Source of the DNA: the human T2T-CHM13v2.0 reference genome, Homo sapiens
Length of the DNA: 64,000 nucleotides
Strand: one strand, 5' to 3'
NCBI RefSeq assembly: GCF_009914755.1
Contig: NC_060938.1
Of the stretch, positions 60,269-64,000 are shown piece after piece. How positions within the stretch are numbered: position 1 is the stretch's first letter; every line of letters begins with the position of its first letter. Position numbers and translations under genes: made by a program. Under the pieces are notes generated by a model. The model was not told where the DNA came from, searched no databases, and was given only the letters and a program-made list of their open reading frames with translations.

Positions 60269-62193
60269 GAGAGATTTTTAAGTAAGAGGAGGCGTGCCGT
60301 CAGATTTACATTTTAGAAAGTTGTCTCTAGGGGCAATGGTGGAGAACAACGACTAGAAGCAAGGAGCCCACTGAGGCCGTGGTTCCCGTGTTACAGGGGA
60401 GATACAGCGGCAGCCAGAATGCAGAGGTGGAAGGTAGATGGGAAGGAGGGGATACAGTCAAGAGATACTAAGGAAATAGAATTAACAGAAGAGGGAGATC
60501 AAGAGATTTGCTTATGCTTCTGGGTTTGCAGGACATGCCATTTACTGGGGCACAGAATATAGAAGAATTAGGTGTGTGTCAAGAAGATCCATCATTCTGT
60601 TTTGTACACGTTAAGTCTAAGAACCACCAGGTGGAAATGGAGGCAGCTGTGTATGCAGATGTGTGGGCAGAAGAGCCAGGCAGATGGATTCGGAACTCAG
60701 CAGGGTATGGCTGTGGTTGAGGTCATGCAGAGAGCATGGTGGGTGGGGGCACTGACGGCAGAATCTCCTAGAACCCCAACATTTAGGAGATGAGCTGAGA
60801 AACAGGAACCCTAGATTATCTGGAAGAGAAGCTTGGGAACTACGAAAGTGTTCAGAGGGAGGATCAGGCAGGGCACTTGTCAGAACAACTGCAGTCTGGG
60901 TACTCAAAGGAAGGAAACTTCTCAAAGGTGTGTGTTTCAGGCATGCAGATACATATGCATTTTTAAAGTCATTCCTTCTCTTAAGTTTGGAATATTGAGG
61001 AAAAACTCTTTCACATCAACCCTGGTGCCACCAGGCGACCTGGCCCAACCCTTCACTGTTGTCCAAGTGCGTCAGGAGAAGCCACCTGGCCGGAAGGAGC
61101 CAGGTGGAGCAGAGGGCAGCCAGTCTTATAGTCAATAGTCAGTGATAAGGCCAGATGTGTGGCAATATCAAATAATCAAGAACTGGCGTCATCCCCAGAC
61201 AGCATGCTTAACTGTCTTCAGTGAGGAGACAAGGAAGGGGTGGAGGGGTGTCTCAGATGCCTGGGAGGGGAAATGGGAGGGAGCTCGCATTTGTGGAGTG
61301 GGCCAGGCCCTGTGCTAGGCTCTTTCCATGTTATCTCCACTAACCCTCCCAACAGCCATGCCTGTTTCAAAGATAAGACAGATGGGGCTCCAAGAGGTTA
61401 AATAATGTGCCTCAGGTAGTAACTGAGTGACCTAGGATTTGAACCTGGAAGGCCAAAGGCCATGCTGTCTCAAGGGAGCCCTTGGTCACCAGTTCAGTCA
61501 ATCTCCCTGGTGAAGGTCCGTGTGCTGTAAGTTTGGGCATGGATACAAACCTTCCCATTGAAGCTTGATATGAGTGATGGCTCAGCGCCCAGTCAGCGGC
61601 CAGATTAGGTGTTCTCCATGAGTGGTTTGGTGCTAGCACTTGCTTCCAAACCACACTTCCTGTTCATCTTTCACACCTATTGTCTCACTGCTGGGTTTCT
61701 TGCCAAATGCCTCCCTTGCCACTCCCGGTATGGGGGCGGAGTGACTAGGGAACAGCTTACAATGAGGAGTCTGTCAGACCTCCTTACTTTGCAGACGTCC
61801 TAAACACCTGATGAGCAACCACCAACTACTGAGGAGAGCCAATTTGCACCCAATTTTTGAGACCCTAAAAGACACTCTTTGAGCCTGATTACAGGTCAAA
61901 TACTGGTAATAGCTAAAGGGTGGCTTTCTGTGTGCTGAGCCTTGAATTGTCTGCCTAACATGCATTGTTTCATATAATTCTTAAAATAACCCCATGAGGT
62001 GAGTGCGATTATTACACCCATTTTGCCTACAAGGAAGCAGGCTGAGAGAAAAGTGTCTACACCCAGTAAGCACCAGGAATGTCTGAATCAAAGGCAGGGA
62101 GAGGTGCCTGCCAAGCCCCGCACTTCCTTTCTCTCCCTTCCCCTAAGGCCTTTGGCTTAGATACGCTGATCCTTGAGAAATGCCTCCTCTCTC

Positions 62194-62253
62194 TTCCTTC
62201 CTTCCTTCCTTCCTTCCTTCCTTCCTTCCTTCCTTCCTTCCTTCCTTCCTTCC
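62194..62253. repeat. (TTCC)15 / (GGAA)15 microsatellite at the tail of a reverse Alu (62255-62568)
   Basis: 60 bp of uninterrupted TTCC. Confidence 0.95.
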
Positions 62254-62671
62254 TTTCTTTTTTCTTTCTTTCTCTCGCTCTCTCTCTTCTTCTTTCTTTT
62301 TTTTTCTGGAGTCTCGCTCTGTTTCCCAGGCGTGATCTTGGCTCACTGCAACCTCCACCTCCAGGGTTCCAGCAATTCTCTTGCCTCAGCCTCCTTAGTG
62401 GCTGAGACTATAGGAGTGCGCCACCACGCCCAGCGAAGTTTTGTATTTTTAGTAGACATGGGGTTTCACCATGTTGGCTAGTATGGTCTTGATCTCTTGA
62501 GCTTGTGATCCACCTGCCTCAGACTCCCAAAGTGCTGGAATTACAGACACGAGCCACCGCGCCCGGCCTATTCAGGAGCTTTTACCCCATAAATCTTCTT
62601 ACACATAGAAAAATAAAAAGTTCTGTCCCTTGTTACAGGTATTTTATATTATCAGTGGCGCCAATAAGGTG

Positions 62672-62785
62672 GGTGCATGTGTGTGCACACATGCGTGTAT
62701 ATGGGTGTGTGTGCACACCTGCATGTATATGGGTGTGTGTGCACACATGCATGTATGTGTCTGTGTGTGTGCATACACATATGTG
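62672..62785. repeat. 28-bp-period purine-pyrimidine minisatellite (~3.5 copies)
   Basis: GCACAC at 62685, 62713 and 62741 (GCATAC at 62771). Confidence 0.8.
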
Positions 62786-63244
62786 GGGGTGGAGTAGGAA
62801 TCAGGCAAATCAACCTCATAGACCTGTTCCCTGTTTCTGGGGTCATATATGGCTACAGTGACTATGTTTCTGAACCACAGGCCAGGCCACATGTCCTGGC
62901 CATTGCAATGGTTGTTGAGGGGATATTACAACAGTGAAACTGATACCTGCCCATGAGATACAGAGGCTGTTGGCTAACAGTTCAGCAGATACACTGTAGT
63001 GTGCTTTGGAGACATTCTAAAGGCCTCTGAGAGAGACAATGTCTTGCCAAGAGTTGAGGCCTGAAACTTGACAGCTGCCCACAGCCCATTTAAGGGTTAG
63101 TGTTACTCGACACAATTTTAAAGACATTGTCATGGAGGATCTGATATTCTCAGAACATTCAAGAGAAATGTTATAGCCTAAAACCAGAGGGGAAATCTGA
63201 AACCATATCTTCTTTTAGGGGCTACTATAGAATTCATTAAATTA

Positions 63245-63655
<411 letters not shown>

Positions 63656-63925
63656 TTACCTCTGTTAAAAATACTCAGGCAGTAGAGATAGCAGCCAATT
63701 TTGGGTTTGCATGACATTAATTCAACAAGCATGTATTACTTCCTACCTATTAGCTCCCAGATACTTGGTACCACGCCCAAAGAAGACTGGGCCTGGGATT
63801 GCAGTGACAGTAGGGTGGCAGATGTGTGGGGGATAAGTATGATATGGTGTAGGGAGGGTTATAATACTGATGAGTGCAATGTGCTACAGAATCCAGAAGA
63901 TGAAGAATTCTTGGGAGGGGTGGTG

Positions 63926-64000
63926 GTATTAGTTTCCTACTACTATGTAATAAATTACTACAATTTAGCAGCTTAAAGCAACAACAATGTATTATCTCAC
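63926..64000 (-). mobile_element. MLT1 LTR end, cut off by the window edge
   Basis: GTATTAGTTTCCTA...TAATAAATTACTACAATTTAGCAGCTTAAAGCAACA...TATTATCTCAC. Confidence 0.75.

Overview
This is primate (human-like) genomic DNA. It holds the first coding exon and CpG-island promoter of TMED10 on the minus strand (CDS 7957->7733), about 7.7 kb of its intron 1 (1-7732), and about 56 kb of repeat-dense upstream intergenic DNA. From prior knowledge this is human 14q24.3, with FOS beyond the right end of the window. About 75 Alu elements or fragments cover roughly a third of the window, alongside L1, L2, MIR, MaLR/ERV LTR and hAT relics; most helper-track ORFs overlap these Alus and none besides TMED10 resembles a protein I recognise. 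I see no evidence of a new multi-gene system. The best leads are: (1) a TSD-flanked retrocopy of an unidentified mRNA 3' end that puts a sense AATAAA into TMED10 intron 1; (2) a 3'-truncated, A-tailed U4atac snRNA pseudogene; (3) a ~640-bp tandem duplication of a composite Alu; (4) an apparent Alu-to-Alu gene-conversion tract linking that duplication to an Alu 29 kb away; (5) a near-consensus AluYb8; (6) triple target-site duplications; (7) motif-dense candidate enhancers at ~42.5 kb and ~51.7 kb; (8) a uORF, splice donor and TF-site overlap just upstream of the TMED10 ATG. Repeat boundaries and subfamily names were read by eye and are approximate.
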